From: Pseudomonadota bacterium
GTDB lineage: Bacteria; Desulfobacterota; Desulfobacteria; Desulfobacterales; JBDRRP01
Length of the DNA stretch: 63,740 bases
NCBI GenBank assembly: GCA_043825735.1
Contig: JBDRRP010000044.1
Coordinates: 1-63,740, forward strand
Direction of reading: 5' to 3'
Shown here: positions 31,133 to 41,521 of the stretch, in pieces
Layout of the letters: every line of letters starts with the position of its first letter
Position numbering within the stretch: the first letter of the stretch is position 1
Position numbers and translations under genes: made by a program
The notes under the pieces: generated by a model
What the model was told of the DNA's origin: nothing
The model's input: only the letters and a program-made list of their open reading frames with translations
Database searches by the model: none

Positions 31133-33901
31133 ATGAACGAAAACCCCATCATCATCATCAACGGGAACGAGTTCACCTTCACTCCCGGCGAAACGATCCT
31201 GGAAGTCTGCCGCCGCAACAGCGTCGATGTGCCGACCCTGTGCCACCTGAAAAGAGCCACGCCCACCGGCGCCTGCCGCATCTGTGTGGTGGAAGTCGAA
31301 GGCGCCCGCAGTCTGCTGGCTTCCTGCTCCACGCCGGCAGCCAAGGGGATGACCGTGCGCACCGAGTCTCCGGCCGTGGTGGCATCGCGCAAGGTCATCA
31401 TCGCGCTGATGCTCTCCTCGGGCAACCACAACTGCGCCGTGCGCGGCTCCGACGGTGAGGACTGGACAGGATTCCAGCTTCGGGTCCAATCCGACGACGG
31501 CAGTGAAGCGCTGTGCCCGGTATGGGGCGACTGCCGGCTGCAGGATCTGGCCTACCGCTATCAGGTCAACGGGGAGCGGTTTCCGTCTACAAAAATCCGC
31601 TACCCCATGGAAACGGAAAATCCCTTCATCGTCAGGGACTTTTCCCGCTGCATTCAGTGCGGCCGCTGTGTGCAGGCCTGCAACGACGTTCAGGTCAACA
31701 ACGCCATCAGTTTCGGCTACCGCGGCGCCGAGGCCAAAATCATCGCGGCCGGCGACCGGCCCCTCAAAGACTCCGACTGCGTATTTTGCGGCGAGTGCGT
31801 CCAGGCCTGCCCGGTGGGCGCCCTGGTGGAAAAGGAAGTGCGCTACAACGTGCGCCAGTGGGAGACCACAAAAGTGCGCACCACTTGCAGCTACTGCGGC
31901 GTCGGCTGCCAGCTGAACCTCCACGTGAAAGACAACCGGGTGGTCAAGGTCACCGGTGTGGAAGATACCCCCCCCAACTTCGGCAGCCTCTGCGTCAAGG
32001 GGCGTTTTGGCTATCATTTCATCAACTCTCCCGAACGCCTGACCACACCGCTGATCAAAAAAAACGACAAGCTTGTATCGGCCACCTGGGACGAAGCGCT
32101 GACCCTGGTAGCCAAAAAGCTCATGGACATCAAAACCGCCCACGGCAGTGACGCCATCGGCGTGCTCACCTCGGCCCGCATCACCAACGAGGAGAACTAC
32201 ATCGCCCACAAGTTCACGCGCGGGGTGCTCAAGACAAACAATATCGATCATTGCGCCCGGCTCTGACACAGCTCCACCGTGGCCGGTCTGGCCGCAGCGT
32301 TCGGAAGCGGTGCGATGACCAACACCATCGCCGACATCGAAGAAGCCGACGTGATCCTGGTGACGGGCTCCAACACCACTGAAAACCACCCGGTGCTCTC
32401 CACGTTCATCAAAAGGGCAAAAAAACACCGGGGCGCGACCCTTGTCGTGGTCGATCCCCGGCGCGTCAAAATCGCCGCGATGGCCGATATTTACCTGAGG
32501 CAAAACCTGGGCACCGATGTGGCCTGGATCAACGGGCTGATGCACGTCATCATCCGTGACGACCTTTACGACAAAACCTTCGTGGCCGAGCGCACCGAAA
32601 ATTTCGAGGCCCTCAAAGCGGTGGTGGCCAAATACACGCCCGCGCATGTGGAAGCCCTCACCGGCATCGCCGCCGCCGACATCGAAACGGTGGCCCGTCT
32701 TTACGCCAAGGCCAAGGCCGCCAGCATCTGCTACTGCATGGGCATCACGCAGCACACCTGCGGCACCGACAATGTGAAATCCCTGGCCAACCTGGCCATG
32801 CTCTGCGGCCAGATCGGACGCCCGGGCACCGGTGTCAACCCACTGCGCGGCCAAAACAACGTCCAGGGCGCCTGCGACATGGGCGGTCTGCCCAACGTGC
32901 TCTCCGCCTATCAGCCGGTCACCAGCGACGATGCCCGTAAAAAGATGGAAACCGCCTGGGGGGTCTCCGGGTTGCCCGCAACGCCGGGCCTGACCGTCAC
33001 CAAGATGCTGCCGGCCGCCCATGCCGGCAAGCTCAAGGCGCTGTATATCATCGGCGAAAACCCCATGATCTCGGATCCGGATCTATCCCACGCCAAAGAC
33101 AGCCTGGGGCATCTGGATTTTCTGGTGGTGCAGGACATCTTTCTCACCGAAACCGCGCAGCTCGCCGACGTGGTCCTTCCCTCGCGGTGCTTCGCTGAAA
33201 AGGACGGCACGTTTTCCAACACCGAGCGGCGCGTCCAGCGGGTGCGCCAGGCCGTAACACCGCCGGGCGAGGCCCGCTACGACTGGGAAATCACCTGCGA
33301 TATCGCCCGCCACATGGGATACGATATGACCTACGCCAGCAGCGAGGCCATCTTCGAGGAAATCGCCCGAACCACCCCGTCCTACGGCGGCATCACCTAC
33401 GCGCGCATCGACCAGGTGGGGCTCCATTGGCCCTGCCCGACACCGGAGCACCCGGGAACGCCGATCCTGCACGGGGTGCAGTTCACCCGCGGCAAAGGCA
33501 TGTTTCACGCCATCGAGCACCAGGATCCCGCGGAAGTGGTCGATGACGAGTACCCGCTCTACCTCACCACCGGACGGCTCCTTTACCAGTATCACACCCG
33601 CACCATGACCGATAAAAGCCCATGGCTCAACGAGCGGGCGCCCGGCGCTTTCGTTGAGATGACCCGGCGCGATGCGGCCCGCTTCAACCTGGCCGACGGC
33701 GAACCCGTGAGCGTCGCCTCACGCCGCGGCGCCATCACCGCCGTGGTGCAGGTGTCGGACAAGGCCACCGACGGCACGGTGTTCATCCCCTTTCACTATG
33801 CCGAAGGGGCGGCCAACCAGCTCACCAACGCGGCCCTGGACCCGGTGTGCGGGATTCCCGAGTTCAAGGTCTGTGCTGTAAAACTCGCCAAGAGCGCCTG
33901 A
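31133..33901 (+). CDS. fdhF: Formate dehydrogenase alpha subunit (Mo/W-bisPGD, N-terminal Fe-S domains), selenocysteine at UGA 32264-32266
   Basis: ORFs 31088-32266 and 32279-33901 share a frame; NNIDHCARL-UGA-HSSTVAGL matches the active-site Sec motif; PLRGQNNVQG; no Tat signal seen. Confidence 0.93.
32279..32295 (+). promoter_or_regulatory. Bacterial SECIS hairpin
   Basis: GTGGCC-GGTCT-GGCCGC starting 12 nt after UGA; resembles the E. coli fdhF SECIS apical region. Confidence 0.75.
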
Positions 33902-33914
33902 GCGCTGAATCGAC

Positions 33915-33952
33915 AAAAAAAGGCCGGTTGACGCTTCGTCAACCGGCCTTTT
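33915..33952 (+). terminator. Rho-independent terminator
   Basis: AAAAGGCCGGTTGACG-CTT-CGTCAACCGGCCTTTT perfect stem. Confidence 0.85.
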
Positions 33953-33969
33953 GAGCTTGGAGGTAACCG

Positions 33970-34719
33970 ATGACGTCAGCATTCAAGGAAAAACTCACCC
34001 GGGGCGAGCGCCTGATGGGAACGGTGGTGACCCTTCCCGTTCCGGAAATCGCCGAGATACTGCGCCTGGCCGGGTTCGACTGGCTTTTCGTGGACATGGA
34101 GCACGGCGCCATGGATGTACGGGAAGCTCAAATGGTGCTGGCCGCCGCCGGCGATACGCCCTGCGTGGTGCGCGTGCCGGCAAACGACGCCGTATGGATC
34201 AAAAAATGCCTGGATATTGGTGCTGCGGGCATCATGGTGCCCCTGATCCGAACGGCCGGCGACGCCAGAGACGCGGTGAGATGGTGCAAGTACCCCCCCG
34301 AGGGTGAGCGTAGCGTCGGCATCGCCCGCGCCCAGGGATACGGCATGTCTTTTACCCAATACGTGTCCCGGGCCAACGCGGAGATCGCCCTCATCCTGCA
34401 GATCGAACACATCGATGCGGTCAACGACCTGGAGGCCATCGTGGCGGTCGCCGGCATCGACGCCCTGTTCGTTGGGCCCTTCGATCTGTCGGCCAGCATG
34501 GGAAAAACCGGCCGCATCTCGGATCCGGCGGTCCAGGCGGCCATCGCCCGCGTGACGCGCTGCGCCCAGGGCGCCGGCATCGCCCTGGGGATTTTCAGCG
34601 CCACCGCCGAAGCCGTAGCGCCCCACCTGGAAAACGGCTACACCCTGGCGGCCGTGGGCATGGACACCATGATTTTGGGCCACGGCGTGGCGGAAATTTT
34701 GAAGGCGCTTGGGCGCTGA
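33970..34719 (+). CDS. HpcH/HpaI aldolase family protein
   Basis: GFDWLFVDMEHG, KYPPEGERS, QIE, FVGPFDLS. Confidence 0.9.
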   Translation: MTSAFKEKLTRGERLMGTVVTLPVPEIAEILRLAGFDWLFVDMEHGAMDVREAQMVLAAAGDTPCVVRVPANDAVWIKKCLDIGAAGIMVPLIRTAGDARDAVRWCKYPPEGERSVGIARAQGYGMSFTQYVSRANAEIALILQIEHIDAVNDLEAIVAVAGIDALFVGPFDLSASMGKTGRISDPAVQAAIARVTRCAQGAGIALGIFSATAEAVAPHLENGYTLAAVGMDTMILGHGVAEILKALGR

Positions 34720-34893
34720 CCCGGGCCTTGTCCCGCACCACCGCCGGCGGCATCCGGTCGGCGGCGGACATCTTCGATGTGTCCTTGGCCCCATCGCCAT
34801 ATGGTTTGTGCCGTCAGCAACGCTGTGATATGAAGATGAAACGGAAAAGCACCGACCTTTCACATCACAATTTTTCTTAACAAGGGGATTGCC

Positions 34894-35097
34894 ATGCGAA
34901 AACCAAGCGGTTCTGCTGAAAAACTGTCGGAAATGATCAAGCACGCAATGGACGATGGAAAACTGACCACCAAGGAACACAATAAAATCTTGGCCATCGC
35001 CGATGAGGACGGGATTCTCGACGCTCAGGAGAAACGGCTTCTGGCCGAGTTGCAGGAGATGCTTGCCAACGGCACCATCAAGCGGGTCTCCGAATAG
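34894..35097 (+). CDS. Small hypothetical protein (EF-hand-like acidic loops)
   Basis: AAGGGG RBS; DDGKLTTKE and DEDGILDAQE. Confidence 0.6.
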   Translation: MRKPSGSAEKLSEMIKHAMDDGKLTTKEHNKILAIADEDGILDAQEKRLLAELQEMLANGTIKRVSE

Positions 35098-35220
35098 CCG
35101 GCCGTCTGCCTTCGGCGCAGTTCTTTCGCCGCATTGACCCAACAGATAAGCAAGTGCATTTGCAAAAGGCAAGTGTGCTTGCTTTTCTTTTTTGACATGC
35201 TTCTTGTGCTCCGTTGCATA

Positions 35221-35415
35221 TTATCGCAGCGTCAGGGTAAATCCCATCACCCGCAGGGCGACCGGGTCCCGCAGCGGGGCGCGCCCCTGAACAGCGATCT
35301 CGGTGCCCACAATCAGTCCCATGTCCCGGATGCGCCGGCCCAGTTCGCCATTTGCCATGACACTGACAATGATGGCCCGCTGCCGGTTTGCCATCTGTCT
35401 CAGTCCGATTTTCAT
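35221..35415 (-). pseudogene. feoA: FeoA family protein, apparently C-terminally truncated, no feoB
   Basis: RRIRDMGLIVGTEI...RAPLRDPVALRVMGFTLTLR-stop; 64 aa, last helix/strand missing. Confidence 0.7.
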
Positions 35416-35445
35416 CGTAGTGGTCTCCCGTGTGATTTTTTGAAT

Positions 35446-35461
35446 GTTTGGATAGCCTAAC
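35446..35461. promoter_or_regulatory. DtxR/MntR-type operator
   Basis: GTTTGGATAGCCTAAC, 12/16 palindromic, resembles TTAGG-N4-CCTAA; lies between feoA and the regulator. Confidence 0.6.
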
Positions 35462-35562
35462 AAAATATGTCTGTCAATATACTCTTATAGCTTTTCAACT
35501 TTTCCGCATTTGACTTATTTTGTCCGAACAGCGTATGGTGGCGGGATCACAGGGGAGAAGGG

Positions 35563-36063
35563 ATGACACGAGGTCTGGATTTGTCCGAAAACATGGAAAA
35601 CTACCTCGAGGCCATTCTCGACCTGGAGACGACCCACAAGGTGGCCCGTGCCAAAGACATCGCCGACACCCTCGGGGTGCAAAAAGGCTCGGTCAGCGGC
35701 GCGCTGAAAGTCCTCAAGGACAAGGCGCTCATCAATTACGCGCCATACAGCTTCATCACCCTGACACCGCAGGGAAAGGCGCTGGCGCGCGCGATCCGCA
35801 AAAAGCACGAAGTGCTGCGCGTGTTTTTGCAAAAGGTGCTGCACATTGACCCGGCGCTGGCCGACGCGACCGCCTGTAAAATGGAGCACGCCATCAGCGA
35901 GGACATCGCCAGGCGGCTGGCGTGCTTTCTGGAATACCTGGACGTCTGCCCCCGGGTGGGCGATCAATGGATAGAATCGTTTCTCGACTTTTGCAAAACC
36001 CGGACGGTGGATCCGGAAAAGTGCTCGATCTGCATGGACACCCACATGCCGACCGAAAGATAA
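35563..36063 (+). CDS. DtxR/MntR family metal-dependent regulator
   Basis: MENYLEAI, DIADTLGV...SV, KHEVL, ACKMEHAIS; Cys-rich tail. Confidence 0.9.
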   Translation: MTRGLDLSENMENYLEAILDLETTHKVARAKDIADTLGVQKGSVSGALKVLKDKALINYAPYSFITLTPQGKALARAIRKKHEVLRVFLQKVLHIDPALADATACKMEHAISEDIARRLACFLEYLDVCPRVGDQWIESFLDFCKTRTVDPEKCSICMDTHMPTER

Positions 36064-36103
36064 CCCGCCCCTCGGGTGGGCAACCCCTATTAGGCCCGAC
36101 GCC

Positions 36104-37531
36104 GTGCCTGGACAGATCACCATCTCCCTGTGGGCCTTTCTCATCATCGCGGCCGTGGCGGCCGTCGCGGTGCTCGACCGCGTGCTCATTCCCAGCAGCC
36201 GGTGGTTTCTCAGGCGCCGCATCAACCGGGTGCTGGAGGAAATCGGCACCCGTCTGGACATCGAGATCCGCCCCTTCCAGCTCACCAAGCGCCAGGTACT
36301 GGTTGACCGGCTCGCCTACGACCCCAAGGTCATCGCCGCCGTTCGCGACTACGCTGCCGCCCATGACATGCCCCTCGAAGTCGTGCAGGACAAGGCCATG
36401 GCCTACGCCCGCGAGATCGTGCCCTCCTTTAACGCCTATCTGTATTTCCGCATCGGCTACTGGATCGCCAAAAAGGTCGCCCGGATGCTCTACCGCGTCA
36501 GGGTGGGGCTCATGGAGGATGCGCGCTACCGGGGCATCGACCGGGAGTCCACCGTCGTCTTTGTCATGAATCACCGCTCCAACATGGACTACATTCTGGT
36601 GGCCTTTCTCGCCGCCGAGCGCACCACGCTTTCCTACGCCGTGGGCGAATGGGCGAAGATCTGGCCGCTGCACATGCTGTTTCGCTTCATGGGGGCCTTT
36701 TTCGTCCGCAGAAATTCAGGCAATGCGCTCTACCGCCGGGTGCTGGAGCGCTACATCCACATGGCCACCAAGGAAGGCGTCTGTCAGGCGGTGTTTTTGG
36801 AGGGGGGCCTGAGCCGCGACGGCCGGCTGCGCGCGCCCAAGCTCGGCCTCATGGACTACATGCTGCGCGGATTCGATCCGGAGCGCGACCGGGACATCGT
36901 GTTTATCCCGGTGGGCATCAATTACGACCGCACCATCGAAGACCGCAGCCTGCTCAGGAGCCTCGATCCGGCGGCCGACCGGCGCAGTCTCTGGTTTGTC
37001 TTTCGCACCACCACCGGATTTATTCTCAGAAACGTCTTTCTCATGGCGCTCAGCCGGTGGCGCCACTATGGCTACGCCTGCGTCAATTTCGGTACGCCCG
37101 TATCGGCAAAAGACTATTGCCGGGAGCAGGCCGTTATCTTCAGCTGGATGCGCCGGGAAGAGCGCTTCCCCGAAATCGAAAAACTCTGCCGGCGGCTCAT
37201 GGCCGGGATCGCCGATGTCGTGCCGGTGCTGCCCGTCTCCGTGGTTGCTGCGGTCATGCTGGACGCCGGCGGCGCGGCCCTGGACATCATGGAGATCGAG
37301 GCCCGCTGCAACCAGCTCATCGAGCGCCTGCAGCAGCGCGGCGCTCCCGTCCTCGAATCCCCGCGCAGTACCCGGGCCGCAGCCATCGCCGGCGCCGTGG
37401 ACCTGCTCGCACTCAGGGGCATCATCGGCAGCGACGATGACCGGTTTGCCGCCGCCCCGTCGGAAACGCAGATCCTGCACTACTACGCCAACGCCATCGC
37501 CCACTGGCGGGAAACCCCAGAATCGCCATGA
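36104..37531 (+). CDS. Glycerol-3-phosphate acyltransferase (PlsB-like)
   Basis: NHRSNMD, GAFFVRR, FLEGGLSRDG. Confidence 0.85.
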   Translation: MPGQITISLWAFLIIAAVAAVAVLDRVLIPSSRWFLRRRINRVLEEIGTRLDIEIRPFQLTKRQVLVDRLAYDPKVIAAVRDYAAAHDMPLEVVQDKAMAYAREIVPSFNAYLYFRIGYWIAKKVARMLYRVRVGLMEDARYRGIDRESTVVFVMNHRSNMDYILVAFLAAERTTLSYAVGEWAKIWPLHMLFRFMGAFFVRRNSGNALYRRVLERYIHMATKEGVCQAVFLEGGLSRDGRLRAPKLGLMDYMLRGFDPERDRDIVFIPVGINYDRTIEDRSLLRSLDPAADRRSLWFVFRTTTGFILRNVFLMALSRWRHYGYACVNFGTPVSAKDYCREQAVIFSWMRREERFPEIEKLCRRLMAGIADVVPVLPVSVVAAVMLDAGGAALDIMEIEARCNQLIERLQQRGAPVLESPRSTRAAAIAGAVDLLALRGIIGSDDDRFAAAPSETQILHYYANAIAHWRETPESP

Positions 37532-38850
37532 CCGCTTCCGCCTCACCGCCGCCCCTTCGCCTTGCCTGGCTCATGTGGGGCTTTGGCGCCATGCTCTACC
37601 TCATGGGGTTTTTCCACCGGGTCGCCCCGGCGGTCATGACCGAAGCCCTCATGCGCGACTTCAACATCAATGCCGCCGCGCTGGGCAATCTCTCGGCCTT
37701 TTATTTCTACAGCTACGTGGCCATGCAGATCCCTACCGGTATCATCGCCGATGTCTGGGGACCGCGCCGCCTGCTCTCCCTCGGTGCGCTGGTGGCCGGG
37801 GTGGGCGCAGTCATCTTCGCCCTCTCCCATTCCCTTTTCTGGGCCGGGCTGGGGCGGCTGCTGATCGGCGGCTCCGTAGCCGTTGCCTGGGTAGGCCTTT
37901 TGAAACTCGCTGCCAATTGGTTTCCGACCGCGATGTTCGCTATGGTTTCCGGCATGGCGCTGTTTTGCGGAGTCATGGGCGCCGTTGCCGCCGGAACCCC
38001 GCTGCATCTGCTGGCCCTGCGTTTCGGCTGGCGGGGCGTCATCGGGGCCTCGGCACTGGCAACCCTTGCCGCGGCAACCGCCATCTGGGTGTTCGTGAGG
38101 GACACCCCCGGAGAAAAAGGATACCGCGATTACCTCGCCCCAGCAGACCGCCCGTCCGTTGGATCGTGGTCTGCCATCATCGGCGGGTTGCAGGAGGTCT
38201 TCCATTACCCGAACACCCTGATCTTTTGCTTTATCCCGGGTGCTCTGGTCGGCGCCGTCCTGGCGTTTTCAGGACTCTGGGGCGTTCCCTTTCTCTCCAC
38301 CCACTATGGACTGTCCACCAGCCGGGCGGCCGGACTGACCTCCACGCTCCTTGTGGCCTGGGCCGTCGGAGGGCCTGTGCTCGGCTGGTGGTCGGACCGG
38401 ATGGGCCGCAGAAAGCCATTGTATGTCGCCGGCTGCGCCGTCGCTGTGGCGGGGTGGACCGCCATCGTCTATCTCCCCGCTCTGCCGCTGTGGGGGCTCA
38501 CGGCGCTGCTCGTCATCACCGGATTTGCCTCCGGGTGCATGATCATCAACTTCGCTTTCGCCAAGGAGTCGGTGCCGCTACGGCTGGCCGGAACCGTCTC
38601 CGGCGTGGTCAACATGTGCGTGATGATGGGCCCTATGCTGCTTCAACCGGCCATCGGATGGGTGCTGGATCGCGGGTGGACCGGCGCCATGGACGCCGGT
38701 GTCCGGCGCTACGGCCTCAATGCCTACCAGAGCGGTTTTTCAATGATGATCGCCTGGTTGGTAGCGGCGCTGGTACTGCTGGTATTCACCCGCGAAACCC
38801 ATTGCCGCCAGGCCACGTGGCCGCCGCGGTCTAAAAAAAACATAAATTAA
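37528..38850 (+). CDS. MFS transporter
   Basis: ~12 TM, GIIADVWGPRR and SDRMGRRK motif A. Confidence 0.92.
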   Translation: MTASASPPPLRLAWLMWGFGAMLYLMGFFHRVAPAVMTEALMRDFNINAAALGNLSAFYFYSYVAMQIPTGIIADVWGPRRLLSLGALVAGVGAVIFALSHSLFWAGLGRLLIGGSVAVAWVGLLKLAANWFPTAMFAMVSGMALFCGVMGAVAAGTPLHLLALRFGWRGVIGASALATLAAATAIWVFVRDTPGEKGYRDYLAPADRPSVGSWSAIIGGLQEVFHYPNTLIFCFIPGALVGAVLAFSGLWGVPFLSTHYGLSTSRAAGLTSTLLVAWAVGGPVLGWWSDRMGRRKPLYVAGCAVAVAGWTAIVYLPALPLWGLTALLVITGFASGCMIINFAFAKESVPLRLAGTVSGVVNMCVMMGPMLLQPAIGWVLDRGWTGAMDAGVRRYGLNAYQSGFSMMIAWLVAALVLLVFTRETHCRQATWPPRSKKNIN

Positions 38851-38896
38851 ACGGTTATCTGCGATTATCAAATTGGCCGATCCGAAAATTAATTTT

Positions 38897-38990
38897 AACC
38901 ACGGAGGGCACGGAGAACACGGAGGGTTTAACATCAATAAATGCTTTCATTATTCTCCGTGCCCTCCGTGCCCTCCGTGCACTCCGTGTT
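38897..38990. repeat. Palindromic 9-bp-unit element (CACGGAG variant)
   Basis: AACCACGGAGGGCACGGAGAACACGGAG...CTCCGTGCCCTCCGTGCCCTCCGTGCACTCCGTGTT. Confidence 0.85.
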
Positions 38991-39069
38991 GATGAAAATC
39001 TCATTGGAAGCATCGGCCGTTGACGTTAAACTGGCATTTCATAAATAAGCGGAAAGAGTAAATCGATCA

Positions 39070-39486
39070 ATGCCGACCGCATCTCCATGGGGTGACATCA
39101 ACCGGTACCGGGAAATCGATCCGGGCATTTTGGAAGTGTTCCCGCCAAAGGCGATGGGAACGCATTTGATGATCGCCGCGGCTGTGGCCGAAACCCGTCT
39201 GTCCAGCGCCGCCCGTCGCCGGGCAACCCGGTTCGAAGGGTTTTACTGCTTCGGCAGCGAGGCGGGGGGCACCTGGGCCATCGCGGCATGGGAGCTCAAG
39301 AGCCTTCAGGCAACACTTTTTAAAGAAGCCCGCTGCATCCGGGAGCAGGGCATCGATGCCTATCTGCTCAGGCGCCTGTCCCAATTTCAAATCGACTATC
39401 TTAAAGAGGCGGGCATTACCCCGGACCCATCGGTATCGCCGGCGCCCATTGCGGCGGAACACCAGGGTGGTGAAAATACGCCTTAG
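39070..39486 (+). CDS. Hypothetical protein
   Basis: SPWG...PGI...WAIAAWEL pattern; tandem with next ORF. Confidence 0.6.
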   Translation: MPTASPWGDINRYREIDPGILEVFPPKAMGTHLMIAAAVAETRLSSAARRRATRFEGFYCFGSEAGGTWAIAAWELKSLQATLFKEARCIREQGIDAYLLRRLSQFQIDYLKEAGITPDPSVSPAPIAAEHQGGENTP

Positions 39487-39489
39487 CTG

Positions 39490-39819
39490 ATGGCGATCAA
39501 GGACTACTACCTGCCGCTGACGGCGGTGCGACAGTTCGCTTACGATGCAGAGCGCCGGGTCAATCTGAAACAGCCGGCAAAGGCCAAGGCCCTGATCGAG
39601 AAATCCAAAACGGCCCTGCTGCCCCTGGAGCGGTTTTCAGGCCAGGAGCAGGTGGCGCTCACCGTCAAGGAACTCCAGGCCATGATCGAAGATTGTGCTT
39701 TGAGCATGGATCATGCCCCGGCGGATACAAACGACAAGCTGCGAATCCTCGGTGAAAAGGTTAATCTCATGCTCACCAAAGGCGATTTGATCTTGTCGGG
39801 TGTGGTGTTCAATCCCTAA
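39490..39819 (+). CDS. Hypothetical protein (helical)
   Basis: Starts 3 nt after previous stop; host-like codon usage. Confidence 0.6.
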   Translation: MAIKDYYLPLTAVRQFAYDAERRVNLKQPAKAKALIEKSKTALLPLERFSGQEQVALTVKELQAMIEDCALSMDHAPADTNDKLRILGEKVNLMLTKGDLILSGVVFNP

Positions 39820-39929
39820 GGCATGCCCCGAGTCTCGCTCCGGGGATACGATCGGCCGGAACTCTCGTTCCCGGCCGCAGGTGAGCGGTTGTCACAAGTA
39901 TGTTCCGAGCAAGTTCCGTAAGACCCGTT

Positions 39930-39957
39930 GTCATGCCGGGCTTGATCCGGCATCCAG
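39930..39957. repeat. REP-like palindrome GTCATGCCGG...GATCCGGCATCCAG (related copies at 49922-49950 and 60669-60697)
   Basis: Three similar intergenic copies seen. Confidence 0.65.
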
Positions 39958-40077
39958 CAGTGCCGCCGGCTGTTAGCCGGTATTCGAGCGGCCCTGGCTT
40001 CAGGATGAATCCGGATACAAGATCGTTTCGAAGCACGCTGGGTTGTCGATTTTCAATACTCAAGGCCTAAGCAGAAC

Positions 40078-41379
40078 ATGCTCTTAAAAGGTGCAACAAA
40101 ATATCTGATGGCCGCCGCGGTGGGCGCCCTGTCCGGCCTCATCGGAGCGGCCTTCCACTTTTGCATCGAAAAGGCCACCAGCGGCCGCCTCTCACTGAAA
40201 ACCGTTATGGCCGCAGGAGATCTTCCCGGCTGGCTGGTATTCGCCGTGATGGGCGGGCTGGGTGTGAGCGCGGCGCTGCTCCTGGTGCGCCGCGTTGCCC
40301 CGGAGGCCGGCGGCAGCGGCGTTCCGGAAATCGAGGGTACCCTTGCGGGGCAGCGGCCGCTGCGGTGGTGGCGGGTGCTGCCGGTGAAGTTTTTCGGTGG
40401 ACTTCTGGCCATCGGCTCGGGTTTGGCGCTCGGTCGCGAGGGCCCGACCATCCACATGGGTGGCGCCCTGGGGAAAATGGTCGCCGATGGCTTCCGGATC
40501 AGCCGTGAGCATGCCAAGACCCTGGTGGCCGCCGGTGCCGGTGCCGGTCTGGCGGCCGCCTTCAACGCCCCCCTGGCCGGCATCGTCTTTGTCACGGAAG
40601 AGATGCGAGAAGCGTTCGACTACAACTTCGTCTCACTTCAATCGGTCATTTTAGCCAGTTGCGCGTCCGTGGTGGTCTCTGACTGGTGGCTGGGTCAGGG
40701 GCCGATCATGCCCATCCGCAATCTGGCGCTGCCGCCGCTGGGGGAGATGCCGCTGTTTCTCCTTTTGGGCATCCTGATAGGATGCATCGGCGTTATCTTC
40801 AACAAACTGCTGCTCGGCGCGGTGGAAATCGGGGAGCGCCTGCGAGGCACCCATGCCGCGGCGATGGCCTTCGCCGCCGGCGCCGCCGTCGGCCTGCTGG
40901 CGTGGTTTCTGCCCGACACGGTGGGCGGTGGAGAGTTGCTGGTGGAAAGCGCCCTGCTCCGCCATTGGGGGGCGCCGCTGCTGCTCGCGCTGCTGGTGGC
41001 CCGCCTGTTCACGACGGTCGCCAGCTTCGGCTCCGGCGTCCCGGGCGGCATCTTCGCGCCGCTGCTGGCGCTCGGCACTCTGGCCGGGATCGCCTTCGGC
41101 ACGGCCGCCCATGCTGTGATAGGCAACATGGTCAGCCCGCCCGGCGTATTTGCCGTGGCGTCCATGGGAGCGCTCTTTGCCGCCACCGTGCGCGCACCGC
41201 TCACCGGGATCGTACTGATCATTGAGCTGACAGGCGCCTACGACATCGGCCTGACGATCATTCTGACCTGCCTGAGCGCCACATTCACAGCCGAGGCCCT
41301 GGGAAGCCGGCCGGTCTATCACCTGCTGCTGGAGCGCCGGCTGCATGACGATCAAAATGATCTGCGAAAATCCAGTTGA
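40078..41379 (+). CDS. clcA: H+/Cl- exchange transporter
   Basis: GSGVPE, GREGPT, FNAPLAG, GGIFAP. Confidence 0.92.
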   Translation: MLLKGATKYLMAAAVGALSGLIGAAFHFCIEKATSGRLSLKTVMAAGDLPGWLVFAVMGGLGVSAALLLVRRVAPEAGGSGVPEIEGTLAGQRPLRWWRVLPVKFFGGLLAIGSGLALGREGPTIHMGGALGKMVADGFRISREHAKTLVAAGAGAGLAAAFNAPLAGIVFVTEEMREAFDYNFVSLQSVILASCASVVVSDWWLGQGPIMPIRNLALPPLGEMPLFLLLGILIGCIGVIFNKLLLGAVEIGERLRGTHAAAMAFAAGAAVGLLAWFLPDTVGGGELLVESALLRHWGAPLLLALLVARLFTTVASFGSGVPGGIFAPLLALGTLAGIAFGTAAHAVIGNMVSPPGVFAVASMGALFAATVRAPLTGIVLIIELTGAYDIGLTIILTCLSATFTAEALGSRPVYHLLLERRLHDDQNDLRKSS

Positions 41380-41403
41380 CGTTACCCGTACCCTTGCTTA
41401 GGG

Positions 41404-41488
41404 AACCACGAAGGACACGAAGTGCACGAAGAAAAACACAAGCAATAGATGCCTATATCATCTTCGTGTTCTTCGTGTTGATCAAAAA
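41404..41488. repeat. Palindromic 9-bp-unit element
   Basis: AACCACGAAGGACACGAAGTGCACGAAG...CTTCGTGTTCTTCGTGTTGATCAAAAA. Confidence 0.85.
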
Positions 41489-41521
41489 CCGCAGTTAGAC
41501 AATAGCTACCGGAGGACGCCC

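Noticed and set aside
32264..32266. Nonsense mutation (fdh pseudogene)
   Set aside because: UGA is at the catalytic Sec position with a SECIS; the same reasoning applies to 48087-48089.
31109..33022. 637-aa minus-strand ORF
   Set aside because: Antisense to formate dehydrogenase; no motifs.
36996..38834. 612-aa alternative-frame ORF
   Set aside because: Overlaps the acyltransferase and MFS genes; Arg/Pro-rich off-frame composition.
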